A DNA stretch of 64,000 bases from Octopus sinensis (GCF_006345805.1 NC_042998.1:129704001-129768000); one strand, 5' to 3'. Counted from the stretch's first letter, positions 9,185-22,524 are shown. Numbers and translations: made by a program. Notes: generated by a model not told the origin, from the letters alone.

Positions 9185-12100
9185 CACTTGAACGGGAACT
9201 GCCCCAACTCGAGCCCTCCAATGTAAAAATGTAAGAGGATCAAATATATCTGAGAAGAGTATATAGAAATAATATACTACCATTACTGTGTATTGGGCAG
9301 GCCATCTGAAGAGAAACACACCGCTCTCTCTTATCAAATATGGAGAAAACAAAATCAAAATAGCAGACCATATTTAGACGAAAACAAGGAGGGATGTCTT
9401 CAGAAATAAAAGACTAACAGATGAAACAACTGCGATCAAGCACGCAGCAGGAAATAACCTAAATACAAGACAGAAAGGAAATAAAGAACCAGACGAAGAG
9501 AACAGCTGTCTACGAGTCTCGGTTGAAAGACTTTTATCTGACCAGAACACGCAAATGTCGGAAGATTTAAATGGTAATGAACCTAATAAAGATAGGAAGG
9601 GAAGTGGTAAAGAAGCAATATTACTGAAAAACATAGAGCGACTATGATAGAAATGAAGTAAAAAAAAACCAAAAGCTTTCAGTTATAATACACGACAATA
9701 TGCAGGATAGAGAAGCATTTCATAAACTCTCAAATACAATCCAAAATAGAAAATTAATTAAAATTAGAAACTATGTAACAAATGAAATTATACCAGAACT
9801 AAAACGAGATCTCACTGAATTATATGAAATTATTTACGCAGCTGCAAAGACAATCGGAACCAGAAAGAAATACAAATCTGAGAAGAATTCTAAACTGGAA
9901 AAGTAAAAGCGAGAAAGAGATTTAGATAATTAGAGATCAAATATCAATATTGAAAGAACTAATCTGTGGAAACGCTGTAAAAACCCAGAAGAGGAAGAAA
10001 AATGAAAAGAAAACAGATTCTCACTAAGAGAAGAACTGCTTTCAGCAAAAGAAACACTACAACTGAAAGCTCAAGCAAAATTTCAAATAATACGAAAATT
10101 TGAGAAGTGAAACGAGTTTTGCTAGTAAAATAAGCTGTTCACATCCAATGCGAAAACATTTTACAGAATAATAAACAGGAGAAAATAACCGTTGATGACC
10201 CTGCTCCTATGAAAGAAGTTGAAAACATTTGGAAAGATGTTTGGAATAAAGAAAACAATGAAAATGCAAACTGAATTAGACGCAGAGAAGGAGCCTACCA
10301 AAATTTGCCAGAACAGGCATGGGGAGACCTCACAATAGCAGACCTAAGTATGACACTCACGAAGGTCCATAAGCAGAAATCCCCTGGTAATGATAGGGTG
10401 CCAAATTTCTGGATCGTACCGCTCTCGTGCGCACACGAGAAGTTATTTCAGTTATTCAATGAAATCACGAGAGATCCTATGAAAACACCTGACTGGATAG
10501 CAAGAAGTATTGCTTACTTACTCCCGAGGAGTAATGAAACCAAATTTCTCCCGAACTATCTGCCCACAACGTCTATCTATCACGTATAAAATTTTAACAT
10601 CCAACCTCGTGCAAAAACCAAACAAATTTATGGAACAGAACGATATATTCCTCACTGAACAAAAAGGGTGCGATGAAAAGACCAACACTTAATTAATCGC
10701 ATGTTCCTTGAGAACTGTCATAACAAACGCAGGTAACACAGTTCCGCATGGATCCATTACAAAATGGCCTTTGACAGCATACTGCATTCATGGATCTTGA
10801 AATCACTAGATAGCTTCAACATTTCTCCTGTGATTTCAAACTTCCTGAAGCACAACATTTCAGTGTCGATTACAAATCTCCAATTATATCATTCTAATGG
10901 AGTACTGACCACAAAAATATTCATATCAACTGCGGCATTTTCCAAGGTGATTCACTTTCACCTTTAAATTTTTGCATAGCCCTAATACACCTTACAAGTG
11001 CATTTAAGAGAACAGTGTATGAATATAAAATTGCCCACAAGAAAATATGTCATCTATTTTATACAGATGGCTTAAAACTCTATGGCAAAGACGATAATGA
11101 GCTTGAAGGACTACTACGTACTGTGAAAGCATTAATTGATGACATCGGGATGGAATTTGGTCTTGATAAATGTGCCAAGGCCACTTACCAGAAAGGGTAA
11201 TTCAAAACCTCAGTGGTGGTGGATGTTGACACGGTCAGAAAAGAACTCGTGCGGGAATAAGCTTAGAAATACCTCGGAATAAAAGAGGGCTCTAGCATTC
11301 AACATGCAAACATGAAAGAGAAGATCTGGAAGCTAATGTTACGGGAGAGTTTGAGCTGTCCTAAAATCCGAGTTAAGTGCACTTAACAAGATGCTAGCTA
11401 CAAATTCCTTAAGAGTTCCGGTTGTTAATTACAGTTCAATGTGTTGAACTGGAATATGAGCGAAATTAGGAAAATTTACAGGAAAATCCATAAGCTACTG
11501 ACTTGCAACACGATGCACCACCCAAAGGCAGACGCAGATCGTCTTTACCTACAAAGAGCTCAAGGTGGTCGACGCTTGATCCAATTTGAAATCTTTGACA
11601 AAACCACCACAATTGGACTGGCAAAGTATCCAACGACTGGATGCTAAAACTCGTTGAAAACCATGAAAGATAGAAAAAGCTTCATTCTGTTATGAAGAGA
11701 GCAAAAAACTTTCAAGTGAGTTCATGCATAATACCCAGGTTGAACAGCATGAGGGAAGGGCAGCAACTATAGGTGCAAAGACGGTGAAATATATAGCAAA
11801 GCGAACCGCACACCAACAATTGGCCGATAGGCAGAAACAAAAATCTCTGCATGGCAAATATGCGGCCGATAGCAAACAAGTAGAGGACACCCATCAGAGG
11901 TTACGGAGGTCAGGGCTAAAGGCAGAGAGAGAAGGCTTTATCTTGGTTGCTGAAGATCAGAGCTTATTGATCCGGAACTATCAAGCCAGTGGAATGAAAA
12001 ATGGTGTGGACCCAAAGTGCAGATACTGCAACGATGAGATTGAAACAGTGGACCACCTAAACTCTGGGTCTAAGTTTTTAGCACCTGTAGAATACAAATC

Positions 12101-12820
12101 AAGACATGACAGAGTTGACCAATATCTACATTTTGTAATGTGTCGGCATTATAAAATCAAAACTGCTGACAAATGGTACAAGCACCACCCTGAGGGAGAA
12201 AATGTAATGATTTTTGGGACTATGTACAGAGCGGGCCATCAAAGCAAGTAAACCAGATAGTGTTGTAAGAGACCAAAACAAGATAATCTGTTTATTGATT
12301 GACGTAAGCATATCTTGTGACCATAATATCTCGGCAAAAGAATTTGATAAGCTCAGAAAACAAAGATTTGGTAATCGAAATCGAAAAGATAAGGCATCTC
12401 ATGATGGTTACAATGCCAATGATTGTAGGAGCCCTAGGAATGATACAGAAAGGAACTGAAAATTATTTAAGAATGATCCCTGGCTTACCATCCATGCTGG
12501 AAGTGTAAAAGATTGTCTTAACTGGTACTTCACACGTACTGAGAAGGGCATTGTCGCTATGAATCTTCTTTCATTTTATCCCTTTATTTTCTGTTTACTT
12601 ACTCTTTTACTCTTTTACTTGTTTCAGTCATTTGACTGCGGCCATGCTGGAGCACCGCCTTTAGTCGAGCAACTCGACCCCGGGACTTATTCTTTTGTAA
12701 GCCCAGTACTTATTCGATCGGTCTCTTTTGCCGAACCGCTAAGTAACGGGGACATAAACACACCAGCATCGGTTGTCAAGCAATGCTAGGGGGACAAACA
12801 CAGACACACAAACACACACA

Positions 12821-12866
<46 letters not shown>

Positions 12867-13205
12867 TACGACAGGCTTCTTTCAGTTTCCGTCTACCAAA
12901 TCCACTCACAAGGCTTTGGTCGGCCTGGAGCTATAGCAGAAGACACTTTCACAAGGTGCCACGCAGTGGGACTGAACCCGGAACCATGTGGTTGGTAAGC
13001 AAGCTACTTACCACACAGCCACTCCTGCGCCTTATTTATTTTTTTCCTTTATATCTGTCTTTGTTCCCCTTTTTCTCATTCACATGACTTTCTAAATGAT
13101 TAATCTGGTGTGTCTATTTTAATGGCCTACCAGTGTATGCAATGCGTTTCTTTGCCTTAGGTGTTAGGAAGACACTCAGCAAGAAATGGAAACAAAACTG
13201 AAAGA
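9185..13205 (+). mobile_element. Near full-length decayed R4/Dong-like LINE (N-terminal region, RT, CCHC, RLE, 3' UTR), interrupted by a SINE
   Basis: N-terminal EEYIEIIYYHYCVLGRPSEEKHT; RT blocks KSPGNDRVPNFW, EQKGC, AFDSILHSWILKSL, HLFYTDGLKLYGKDDNELEGLL (YxDD decayed); CRYCNDEIETVDHL; KPDSVV..LLIDVSISCDHN; 3' UTR at 13118-13203 homologous to 7100-7198; (AAT)n tail. Confidence 0.92.
12596..13032 (-). mobile_element. SINE family A (tRNA-like head, internal (TA)n/(TG)n, (AAAGAGT)n-like tail), full length
   Basis: Minus strand aggcgcaggagtggctgtgtggtaag..gggttcagtcccac (A/B-box-like) and core cttagcggttcggcaaaagagaccgat; inserted in the LINE 3' UTR. Confidence 0.92.
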
Positions 13206-13221
13206 TGATAATGAAAATAAT

Positions 13222-13225
<4 letters not shown>

Positions 13226-13281
<56 letters not shown>

Positions 13282-13354
13282 TAATAATAATGATAATAAT
13301 AATAATAATGATAATAATAATAATAACTATAACAACAACAACAACAACAACAAC

Positions 13355-13415
<61 letters not shown>

Positions 13416-13418
13416 GTA
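13226..13418. repeat. (AAT)n/(AAC)n microsatellite (tail of the upstream LINE)
   Basis: Direct reading. Confidence 0.97.
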
Positions 13419-13502
13419 ATTTTCTAAAAATGTTAGTGAAAAGGAAAAATCTCGATGCACTGTGCAAACCATCGATAATATGTATTATTATTATTATTAT
13501 TA

Positions 13503-14010
13503 CTTTTTTTTTTCTTCTTTCAAATTTGCTTCCATTTCTTGCCGAGTGTCTTCCCGACTCCTAGGGCAAAGAAGCTCATAGTATATATTGGTAGGCCATT
13601 AAACCAAACTCAGTACTGTAAGAGTTTGCGGTGTGTCTCTCTTGAGATGGCCTACCTAATGCATAGTAATAAGCGTATATTACTTCTTTATACCCTTCTC
13701 GGGTCCATTTGTTCTGCTTACATTCTTCTTTCTGTGGTGGTTGTGGTGGTTAACTTGGAGGGCTCGAGTTGGGGGATTTCCCGTTCAAGTGACCATCCAT
13801 GTCCGTATTTGGAGAAGAGTTTGTGCCAGCTGATGACTTTTCGATCCCAGGCTGGCTCTTCCCTGGGGGACGCGCTTCCAGATTAACCATAGGACAAGCG
13901 ATTTGGTATACTGATTTAGTTTTCCTTTTAGTTTCCAAAAACATTTTGGTGCTACGATAATGTTATCATTTTTTAGCTTTGATTGGCTCGTGGGGAGACG
14001 GCCATCATTG
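13503..14010 (-). mobile_element. Internally deleted R4/Dong derivative: LINE 5' region fused directly to the 3' UTR
   Basis: 13503-13614 is the reverse complement of 3' UTR 7094-7198 (3 mismatches in 94 nt); 13615-13790 is homologous to 9185-9345 (KWTREGYKEVIYAYYYALGRPSQERHT); tail (ATT)n at 13483-13502. The 5' boundary is approximate. Confidence 0.85.
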
Positions 14011-14059
14011 CCGTTACAATTATAATCGTACCATTATAGCAGCAGTAGTCGGCTTATTA

Positions 14060-14221
14060 TTGTTATTATCATCACCATTACCATCACTATCATCATTATC
14101 ACCACCATTACCATCATCATTATCATCATCACCATCACCATCACCACCATCATCATCAATGATATTGTTTTATGTGTAGTCACAGCAGTTCTTATTATTG
14201 TTATTATTATTATTATTATTA

Positions 14222-14287
<66 letters not shown>

Positions 14288-14289
14288 CA

Positions 14290-14349
<60 letters not shown>

Positions 14350-14365
14350 CATTATTATTATTATA
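14060..14365. repeat. (CAT)n/(TAT)n microsatellite
   Basis: Direct reading. Confidence 0.96.
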
Positions 14366-14869
14366 TAACTGTCAAATCACCGATTAATATGGTTATTTCT
14401 GGTTGAAGTACGCTTGTTATACAAATTCAACCACGATGACTCAGTACCAAGAAATATTACTGTCAAACGTAAAATGAGGAAAGTTTCAGAAATATTTTGC
14501 ACACTATTCTCTATTTTGAAAAAAAAAATTATATTCAAATTATTAACATTTCTAACAATCCTATGAATTTGATAACGCTGTCGTCGTTGTGGTAAATGAT
14601 GTTTTGCTATCGTTTCAATAAACATCTAGCCTAAAATATTGTTTACTTCATGAAGAATAAAACATGAAATAATGCAGCTTTTTAAGAGAAAAAACTGCAG
14701 CATATTCACACGATTCATATTTGAACGAAATATTGAATTACTTCATTAATACAATTTAACACAATACGAATTAACATTCAAACCGGTCAAGAATATTTTT
14801 CTATGAATTTCACATAAGTTATGAATGAAGAATTAGATAACATGCTGACAGATGTTTTCATTACTTTTA

Positions 14870-15184
14870 AATCCAGATGAATTTACTTATGTGCCTGTAA
14901 TTGCATGCACGACGATGAAGCCGTGTTACGTGTCTCTCAAACCGTGCATATATATAAGGATTATATATATAAATGTGACCGCGTGTGTATCGTTGGCGAT
15001 TTTTCTCCGTCCGTCTTCCCTTCATTGGAACTTTCCTTTTCCTATGTTTGTGACGAAGATCTCCGCTCGAAACGTTGAATCCTCCTTCTTTCATTCCTTT
15101 CCTTAGCGTCCAATAACACTATACTTGTTCCACGTCCTCGCGTTGTTGTTTTTCCTCTTTGTGCTTTCATGTTTGGATTAACTT

Positions 15185-15185
<1 letters not shown>
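14870..15185 (+). repeat. Non-coding repeat resembling a Penelope-type terminal repeat, with a degenerate hammerhead-like motif at 15046-15080
   Basis: gttt-gTGACGA-A-gat-ctccg-ctc-GAAACGTT; Penelope association is inferred from motif architecture. Confidence 0.5.
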
Positions 15186-15239
<54 letters not shown>

Positions 15240-15241
<2 letters not shown>

Positions 15242-15620
15242 GAAGCACTCCGTCGGTTACGACGACGAGGGTTCCGGCTGATCCGAATCAACGGAACAGC
15301 CTGCTCGTGAAATTAACGTGTAAGTGGCTGAGCACTCCACAGACACGTGTACCCTTAACGTAGTTCTCGGGGATATTCAGCGTGACACAGAGAGTAACAA
15401 GGCCGGCCCTTTGAAATACAGGTACAACAGAAAGTAAGAGTGAGAGAAAGTTGTGGTGAAAGAGTACAGCAGGGATCACCACCATCCCCTGCCGGAGCCT
15501 CGTGGAACTTTTAGGTGTTTTCGCTCAATAAACACTCACAACGCCCGGTCTGGGAATCGAAACCGCGATCCTATGACCGCGAGTCCGCTGCCCTAACCAC
15601 TGGGCCATTGCGCCTCCACA
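15240..15620 (-). mobile_element. SINE family C (tRNA-derived head)
   Basis: Minus strand ggaggcgcaatggcccagtggttagggcagcggactcgcggtcataggatcgcggtttcgattcccagacc (A and B boxes) followed by a GC-rich body; no complete cloverleaf. Confidence 0.85.
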
Positions 15621-15910
15621 CACATATATATAATGTATATATAGGTATATCTGCATGTGTTTGTATATATACATATACAGTAATGCCTTGATATTCGAGT
15701 TAATTTCTTCCCAGAGAACATTCATAAATCGAAAACTCGGAAAGCAAATCATTGGCTGGACTTAGATGTCATTCAACATAAGCATTAGGAATGACAAAGA
15801 AAGAGCACGTTCTTGCAGCCTCATACGTCGAAACCGACGGGAGAGTCCATCATACACACACACAGACCTATATGTATTATATGTATATATATATGTGTTT
15901 GTGTGTGCGA

Positions 15911-16009
<99 letters not shown>

Positions 16010-16119
16010 CACATACGAAACCGAACGGCCTCAAGGCTAGAAGATAGTAGGGGTTCACTCCCCTGCTTGCAATATGTATCGGCTGCAGATTGCATCAAAC
16101 AACCAGCTGGAGTGCCGTC

Positions 16120-16545
16120 CAGTTCGGGGACTGTTGTAGCTTTCGATTCCGAAGTTTTGATCTAGATCCTCCATTATTTTCCATATATATAGCACCGCAT
16201 ATCTCTCACGTCTCCTCTCCAGGGAGTAGAGTCCCAGTTCCTTTAACCTCTCCCAGTAGTCCATGAGTTTTACTGAGTCTATCTTCTTTGTGTATTGGCG
16301 CTGGGTCACCTCTAGTTCCGAAATTAGTCTTACGTTCTGTGGTAACCACAGACCACTGAGGACAAAGGTTCTCCAAAGCAGTAGCCTGGTTTCTCTGTTC
16401 CTGGTCCTGAAGGATCTCAGGATCAAACCTGCTACCTGCCTGCATTGTGTTGCCGTTTGACCAATGTGCACATGGAAATTTGCTTCGTAACTCATGTGGA
16501 TTCCCAAGTCGCGCACCGACTCTAACTCTGGGATTACATTGCCCG
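16120..16545 (-). mobile_element. CR1/L2-like LINE fragment, post-RT C-terminal region
   Basis: ORF 16055-16516: RDLGIHMS..ILRSFRTR..YWERLKELGLYSLERRRERYAVLYIWKI. Confidence 0.88.
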
Positions 16546-16572
16546 TTGGTCCCGTGTACTTCAGTTGCAGTT

Positions 16573-16599
<27 letters not shown>

Positions 16600-16607
<8 letters not shown>

Positions 16608-16765
16608 CATGCGTTTTTTCGCTCTATCTCCATTTTTTAAACTCTCAATCCTTTCTGTACAAGTTCGTAAGTTCCAAACGTCAAAGACTTTTCCATTCTT
16701 CCGGAGCGTTAAACTAATACACCTGCTTAGGTTTCCTTCACCTGTCTTCATCTTTTGTTTTCTGT
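16600..16765 (+). repeat. Diverged copy of the 22230-22405 repeat
   Basis: Shared aaacgtcaaagactt..gagcgttaaactaatacacc..cacctgtcttc.tcttttg. Confidence 0.75.
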
Positions 16766-16800
16766 ATGTATGTATGTATATATGTATGTATGTATGTATG

Positions 16801-16831
<31 letters not shown>

Positions 16832-18049
16832 AAACATATAGATAAATTTAGATAAATTGATACTTAGAGATAAACTCAGAGATACATAGATGGATGACAA
16901 ATTGCAGACTGTAAGATTACTGGTTTAATAGTTATTCGAACCAGCTCCTTACGATACGGTGACAAATATTTCATGAATTCCATTTCTCTTCATTTCTCTG
17001 TTTAATAAGGAAGTATTTCTACAGATCACAGAAATGACGTACATGCAAATAAGTCAACCGAAATTTAATCAGTAATTGCAAATCTTGGGTTTTCGAAAGC
17101 CTATGTTATAAATATCGCTCTCCTATTCACTCTATAATTATATGTTACGCGCAGCGTAATAAATAACCAGTTTATACAGCTTCTTATTACAATGGAGCAC
17201 TTTGTAAGTAGTACCATCATGATTGCAGATGTAACTAAGTCTTGTAAGCATCTAATAAGCAAAAGGTAATCTTCACTGCCTGTATGATCAGAATTTGTTA
17301 CTGTAAAAGATTTTTCTTTCCTTTTAATTTTTTGTGAAGTTTCACATCCATTTTCTTTTTCCTTTTTAAATATAACTGATGTCACGATATAAATTAGTTA
17401 CCATCATTGCAACCTTCAATCTACAGATAGTGATGGCGAAACAGTTGAATCATTATTCTTCGAAATTTTATATCATTTATGTATTTAATTATTTAATCAA
17501 ATTTCTTTGCTCTTGATTGATCAAGTAGTTTCTTGTTTCGTTTCTACATAAATGATATCACAAAAATATAAATAAATAACAGACAATAACAACACAAGGA
17601 CAATAATTTATCTATTAACTGCAGAGGCTTAATTATTTGATAATTATTTCATGAAACGTAATAAATCATAGAAAAATGAAAAAAAAATGCTTCGACTTAC
17701 GAAAGGGAAGCAACCGGAAGCAAATTGGTGGCAAATTAAATTCTGCTCCATGAATTCTTTATCATATTTCGAGTACGACAAGAATTCTTTGAATTCTAAT
17801 CTCGCATCGTCGGTTCAAATCATAACAGTCTTTTATGTCCCTTGGTAAGTCTTTTATGAGTCGAGAAACTGTCGGTGTCGGTTTCACCAACTACCTTCTT
17901 AGGAGACGGGCCACTAGTTGCATTTGTTTCCTCATGCAACACATTCTTTGTTTCCATTTTAACTTTTTCAGCAGTTCGGTTAGCCTCTTGTCATTCGTTC
18001 TAGGAACCATGAAGTTAAGGTTACACAGTGTGTACAGGTATTGTCGGTA

Positions 18050-18520
18050 AAAGAAAGCATTTGGATGGATTTAAAGTATCAGAAAAGTGGTGTGGGCATG
18101 AGTCAGAGGTGTAGAAGTTGTGTGAGCGTTACACATTTTACGGAAATTGTCCATATAGACAGTTTATATTATTTAAACCCATGTGATCGTAGTAGACAGA
18201 AAAAGAAATGCAGAGTAAAATAATTAATTTGCAACAAGTCTTTTATCGTTTAATTGATTCAGTCATTACAGAAAAAATAGCAACGTACCAGGACGGAGCC
18301 ATTAGATTACAGATACTATGGAAAGTGCGGGTAAAATGTATCCCAGTAGGTGTAGGTGCATTGGGAACTATCCCTAAAGATCTGAACAGATGGATAGAGG
18401 AAATAGGCATAAGCCCCAGTTCAGTACTACTCCAGAAACAGTGTTATTAGGAACAACTAAGAAACTTAGGAGAGTTCTTGGTCTCTATGATTACTTGTAT
18501 GATGTTACGATGTCTTCTTT
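18050..18520 (+). mobile_element. Decayed R4/Dong-like RLE fragment
   Basis: FKVSEKWCGHESE, EKIATYQD..LQILWKVRVKCIPVGVGALGTIPKDL..LLQKTVLLGTTKKLRRVLGL*. Confidence 0.82.
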
Positions 18521-18562
18521 TCTAACAGTCTAATCTGATGTGTGTATATGGAAACAATACTG

Positions 18563-18646
<84 letters not shown>
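18563..18646. repeat. (AAT)n microsatellite
   Basis: Direct reading. Confidence 0.98.
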
Positions 18647-18649
<3 letters not shown>

Positions 18650-19280
18650 TTTTCAAAAGCCTGGACTTACCCCATGATAAAAACTGGTGGGAACACAAAC
18701 CACCTCCAGTGCTTGAAAATGACCACTTCTCACTCCTCTGGAACTTCACCATTCAAACTGACAGAAAGATAGACGCGAATAGGCCAGACATCATAGTAAA
18801 AGACTTCAGACAAAAAAGATGCCTCCTCATTGATATGACTGGCCCAATCGATATAAACGTATCTGTCAAGACCTACCAGAAACTGAGCAAATATAAGATC
18901 TGGAAATATAAATCAGCAAAATGTGGAACCTGAAGACTAAAACAATACCTGTTGTCATAGGTGCCCTGGGAATGATAGCAAAAGGGGTTGATTGCTACCT
19001 AACTCAGATACCAGGAAACCCCAAAATAGCAGAAATTCAAAAAATAGTGCTCATGAGAACTGTTCATATCCTACGCAAAATGCTTTCTATGTAATCTCAA
19101 GTTTTAAAACAAACATGATTTTCGTATGGTTCTTTAGGCATTCACTAGTACAGCACTAAGTACAAAACCAAATATTTGGCACCCTAGGCATAACACCAAC
19201 ATGAACTTCCAACTTGTCTCTTGAGGTCTCTGGGTGAGACTTGGAGCCAGCTTGTGCAAATGTAAAGCAAAAGTCAAATA
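18647..19280 (+). mobile_element. 5'-truncated R4/Dong-like LINE (RLE plus distinct 3' UTR) between two (AAT)n tracts
   Basis: KNWWEHKPPPVLENDHFSLLWNFTIQTDRKIDANRPDIIV..LLIDMTGPIDIN..KYK; one frameshift; IPVVIGALG; stop at 19092-19094. Confidence 0.92.
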
Positions 19281-19530
<250 letters not shown>

Positions 19531-20074
19531 AGTACCAGGCACTGGCTCTCATGGCTTCTGATCTTAACTGATTGGATGTGTTATCATGTATATTGTTTTG
19601 TCTTGGTATAAAAGATGGGCTACAGCAAATATTCTGCTCAATACCACAGATGTGCTTGTCAGTTGCTTGACCTTAACCAGTTGAGCATGTCCCTTCATGG
19701 CTGACGATATGTGCCTCTCTGATCACGAGCAGAAGTAGTGGGGGAGCATCATAGACGTGTGTTGAGCGGGGTTCTTTGAGGTTTGAATAATTCACCTCTG
19801 GAAACATGGGTGTTTCGTTCAACATCCTTAAACAACCCTTATTCAGGGACCTTTCGAGTGGGATGGGTTACTCGACCTGAAGAAAATTCTAACTGGGCCC
19901 CACCTGCAAGGTCATGTGCTGTTTATCTTCATATGAGATCACCATGTCGCGCACACATGGTTGTTATGCATGTGCCTAGTGTACCCTTATTAGACGGGTA
20001 GTCATGATGGGTATACTAGGCTTCGTAAATTTTACCCCAGTGTCACTTTGATGGCATGCACTGCTCTCTCAATC
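19531..20074 (+). mobile_element. About 530-bp non-coding interspersed element in (AAT)n, copy 2
   Basis: Homologous to 8012-8545 over its full length, with about 10 extra 5' nt (agtaccaggc). Confidence 0.85.
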
Positions 20075-20133
<59 letters not shown>

Positions 20134-20514
20134 TAATAATAATGATATGTATGTACAGTTATCTATTTTGATATTGTCGTTTCTATAATATCAAGAACAT
20201 AGTCTGTAATAGTTATGATGCTGTAAATAATGCCATTTATTGTAAATTTTTCATATTTGTATGTCCGGGTTTTAGTTTATGCATTTATTTTCAACCATTT
20301 TGATCAATACTAAGACGCCTATAATTGGGAAAAGAAACTAGGTGTCCACTTGAGCCTCCTTAGAATGAATCCCTCTGAATTAATGGCTTTTGTTACTGGG
20401 TCGAGAGAATGATGAATGTGATTTGAGTCCGGTTCAACCCAAAGTTGCGTGCGAGTAAGATCTAGACAGAGGTAGGAAGCAAAATAATGGTCTTGTTAAG
20501 AAATGGTTTGTTAC

Positions 20515-20581
20515 TAATAATAATAATAATATTAATAATAATAATAATAATGATAATAATAATAATAATAATAACAATAAC

Positions 20582-20646
<65 letters not shown>

Positions 20647-20698
20647 TAATAATAATAATAATAATAATAATCATAATAATTATTATTATTATAATAAT
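20515..20698. repeat. (AAT)n with a terminal inverted (ATT)n run
   Basis: Direct reading. Confidence 0.97.
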
Positions 20699-21377
20699 AG
20701 ACCAAAGCCTCCCCACCAGAAATTACCAAAAACATGTAATGAAAAGAAATATAACAAGTAACTGCAGAATATTTGGAGATGGACAAGAAACAATAGATCA
20801 TATTATCTCTAGCTGCCCAGTCCTGGCTAAGAAGGAATATATTCACAGACACGACAGAGTTGGGACCTATATACACTGGAAACTATGTCAACATTATGGA
20901 ATAACAACAGAAAAAAGATGGCATAGGCGCACACCAGAAAAGGTCACAGAAAACGAGAAAGCAACCATACTCTGGGATATGCCAATACACACAGATAGAG
21001 AAATTAAGGCCAACAGACCAGATATAGTTGTCAGAGATCATGAAGAAAAAAAATGTTTTCTAATTGATGCATCAATACCAGCGGATGACAACGTGTCTCT
21101 AAAAGAAATGGAGAAACTTTCAAAATTCAAAGACCTGGAAATAGAGGTAACCAGAATGTGGAATCTAAAAACAGAAACAATTCCTATCATAATAGGTGCA
21201 TTAGGCATGATAAAAAAATATTTAGACAAATACATAACAAAAACACCAGGACTTACAAACACATATAACATACAGAAACTTGCACTACTAGGCACTGCAC
21301 ACATCCTACGCAGAACACTTTCCATACAATAACCATCAGATCATCACAACAGATCACCACACATACCCAAGGCACAC
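20698..21377 (+). mobile_element. 5'-truncated R4/Dong-like LINE with open CCHC-RLE frame
   Basis: DQSLPTRNY..CRIFGDGQETIDHIISSCPVLA..NRPDIVV..LIDASIPADDN..EKLSKFKDLEIE..IGALG..RRTLSIQ* (open to 21332); the 3' UTR stops before the terminal part seen at 53690-53749. Confidence 0.93.
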
Positions 21378-21607
21378 ATTTTTAATCTCTGGTACAATTG
21401 AGAAGGCGGCATTTTGGAGAGTAACAATAATGATTATATAAATTAATCACGGAAGGAGTGAGTATAAGAATAGAAAAAGATAATTGATTTTGCCAGGTAT
21501 CCTTTCTTCATTTTACTTCCTCAATTTTTTTCGTCTTCCTTTCACTTTTATTGTTAATTTTCTATGCTTTTCTTATTAGTGTGATTAACATTTGTGCTCT
21601 TACTGTT

Positions 21608-21647
<40 letters not shown>

Positions 21648-22229
21648 CTGTTGTTGTTGTTGTTGTTGTTATTGATGATATTGTTATCATATCTGCCGTT
21701 CATGCAATTTTGACATGATTTATCAAAGTATGTAATTCTAAAGAAGTTATTCTTCCTATTTCTTTCAATTTAGCCACGAAAACTCATGAAATACCAAAAT
21801 ATTTCATTAAACAATGGAAAGGAAAATCATACCAACAACATCATCTCCCAGTACCCATACAGTAGAACATCTACCCAATAAAACGTCTACCTTATATTTT
21901 AAAATAAATATAAATTATCGCTAGAACAATATATAATAGCTACAAAAGAGTTGATACATAGTTTTCATTTTGTTCTTGATTATTGTTTTGTGCACCACTA
22001 GTATTTTGGTGAATAATAACTAAATTTTAAGGATAATTCCATTATTAAGCGTGAAATATATTTTAGTTATCCAACTTCTGAGAACTGTCGCGTTCGGAAA
22101 TATATTAGACCTACAGTGAAATAGGAATTATTTTAATACCCTGTTGAGATTTCATACCAGCAGGATTTTCTATTAAATTGCTAAAATTACATATGTATAT
22201 ATGTGTGTGTGTGAGTGTGTGTGTGCGCG

Positions 22230-22405
22230 CCTGTAATTTGCTATTTTCTATATTCTCTCCCTCTTTATTTCTGTGTTTCTTTCTGTCGAAGAGCGTTGGC
22301 TCGAAACGTAAAAGACTTTCTCACTTCCCGAGCGTTAAACTAATACACCAGTTTGTTGTTTACACACCTGCCTTCGTCTTTTGTCTTTTTTGTAAATCCT
22401 AACTA
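22230..22405 (+). repeat. Non-coding repeat carrying a minimal hammerhead-like motif (22278-22315)
   Basis: tcttt-CTGTCGA-A-gag-cgttgg-ctc-GAAACGTA-aaaga; a second diverged copy lies at 16600-16765. Confidence 0.6.
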
Positions 22406-22433
22406 TATATATATAATATATATATATATATAC

Positions 22434-22524
<91 letters not shown>

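Noticed and set aside
13985-14003. HDV-like P3/L3 (cgt-ctcccc-acg, minus strand) at the 5' end of the bipartite element
   Set aside because: No matching P1 or P2 strands were found; only a simple hairpin is supported.
15555-15620. tRNA gene
   Set aside because: A and B boxes are present, but the acceptor and anticodon stems do not close and the sequence continues into a SINE body; the same applies to the heads near 13030, 32644, 35120 and 62929.
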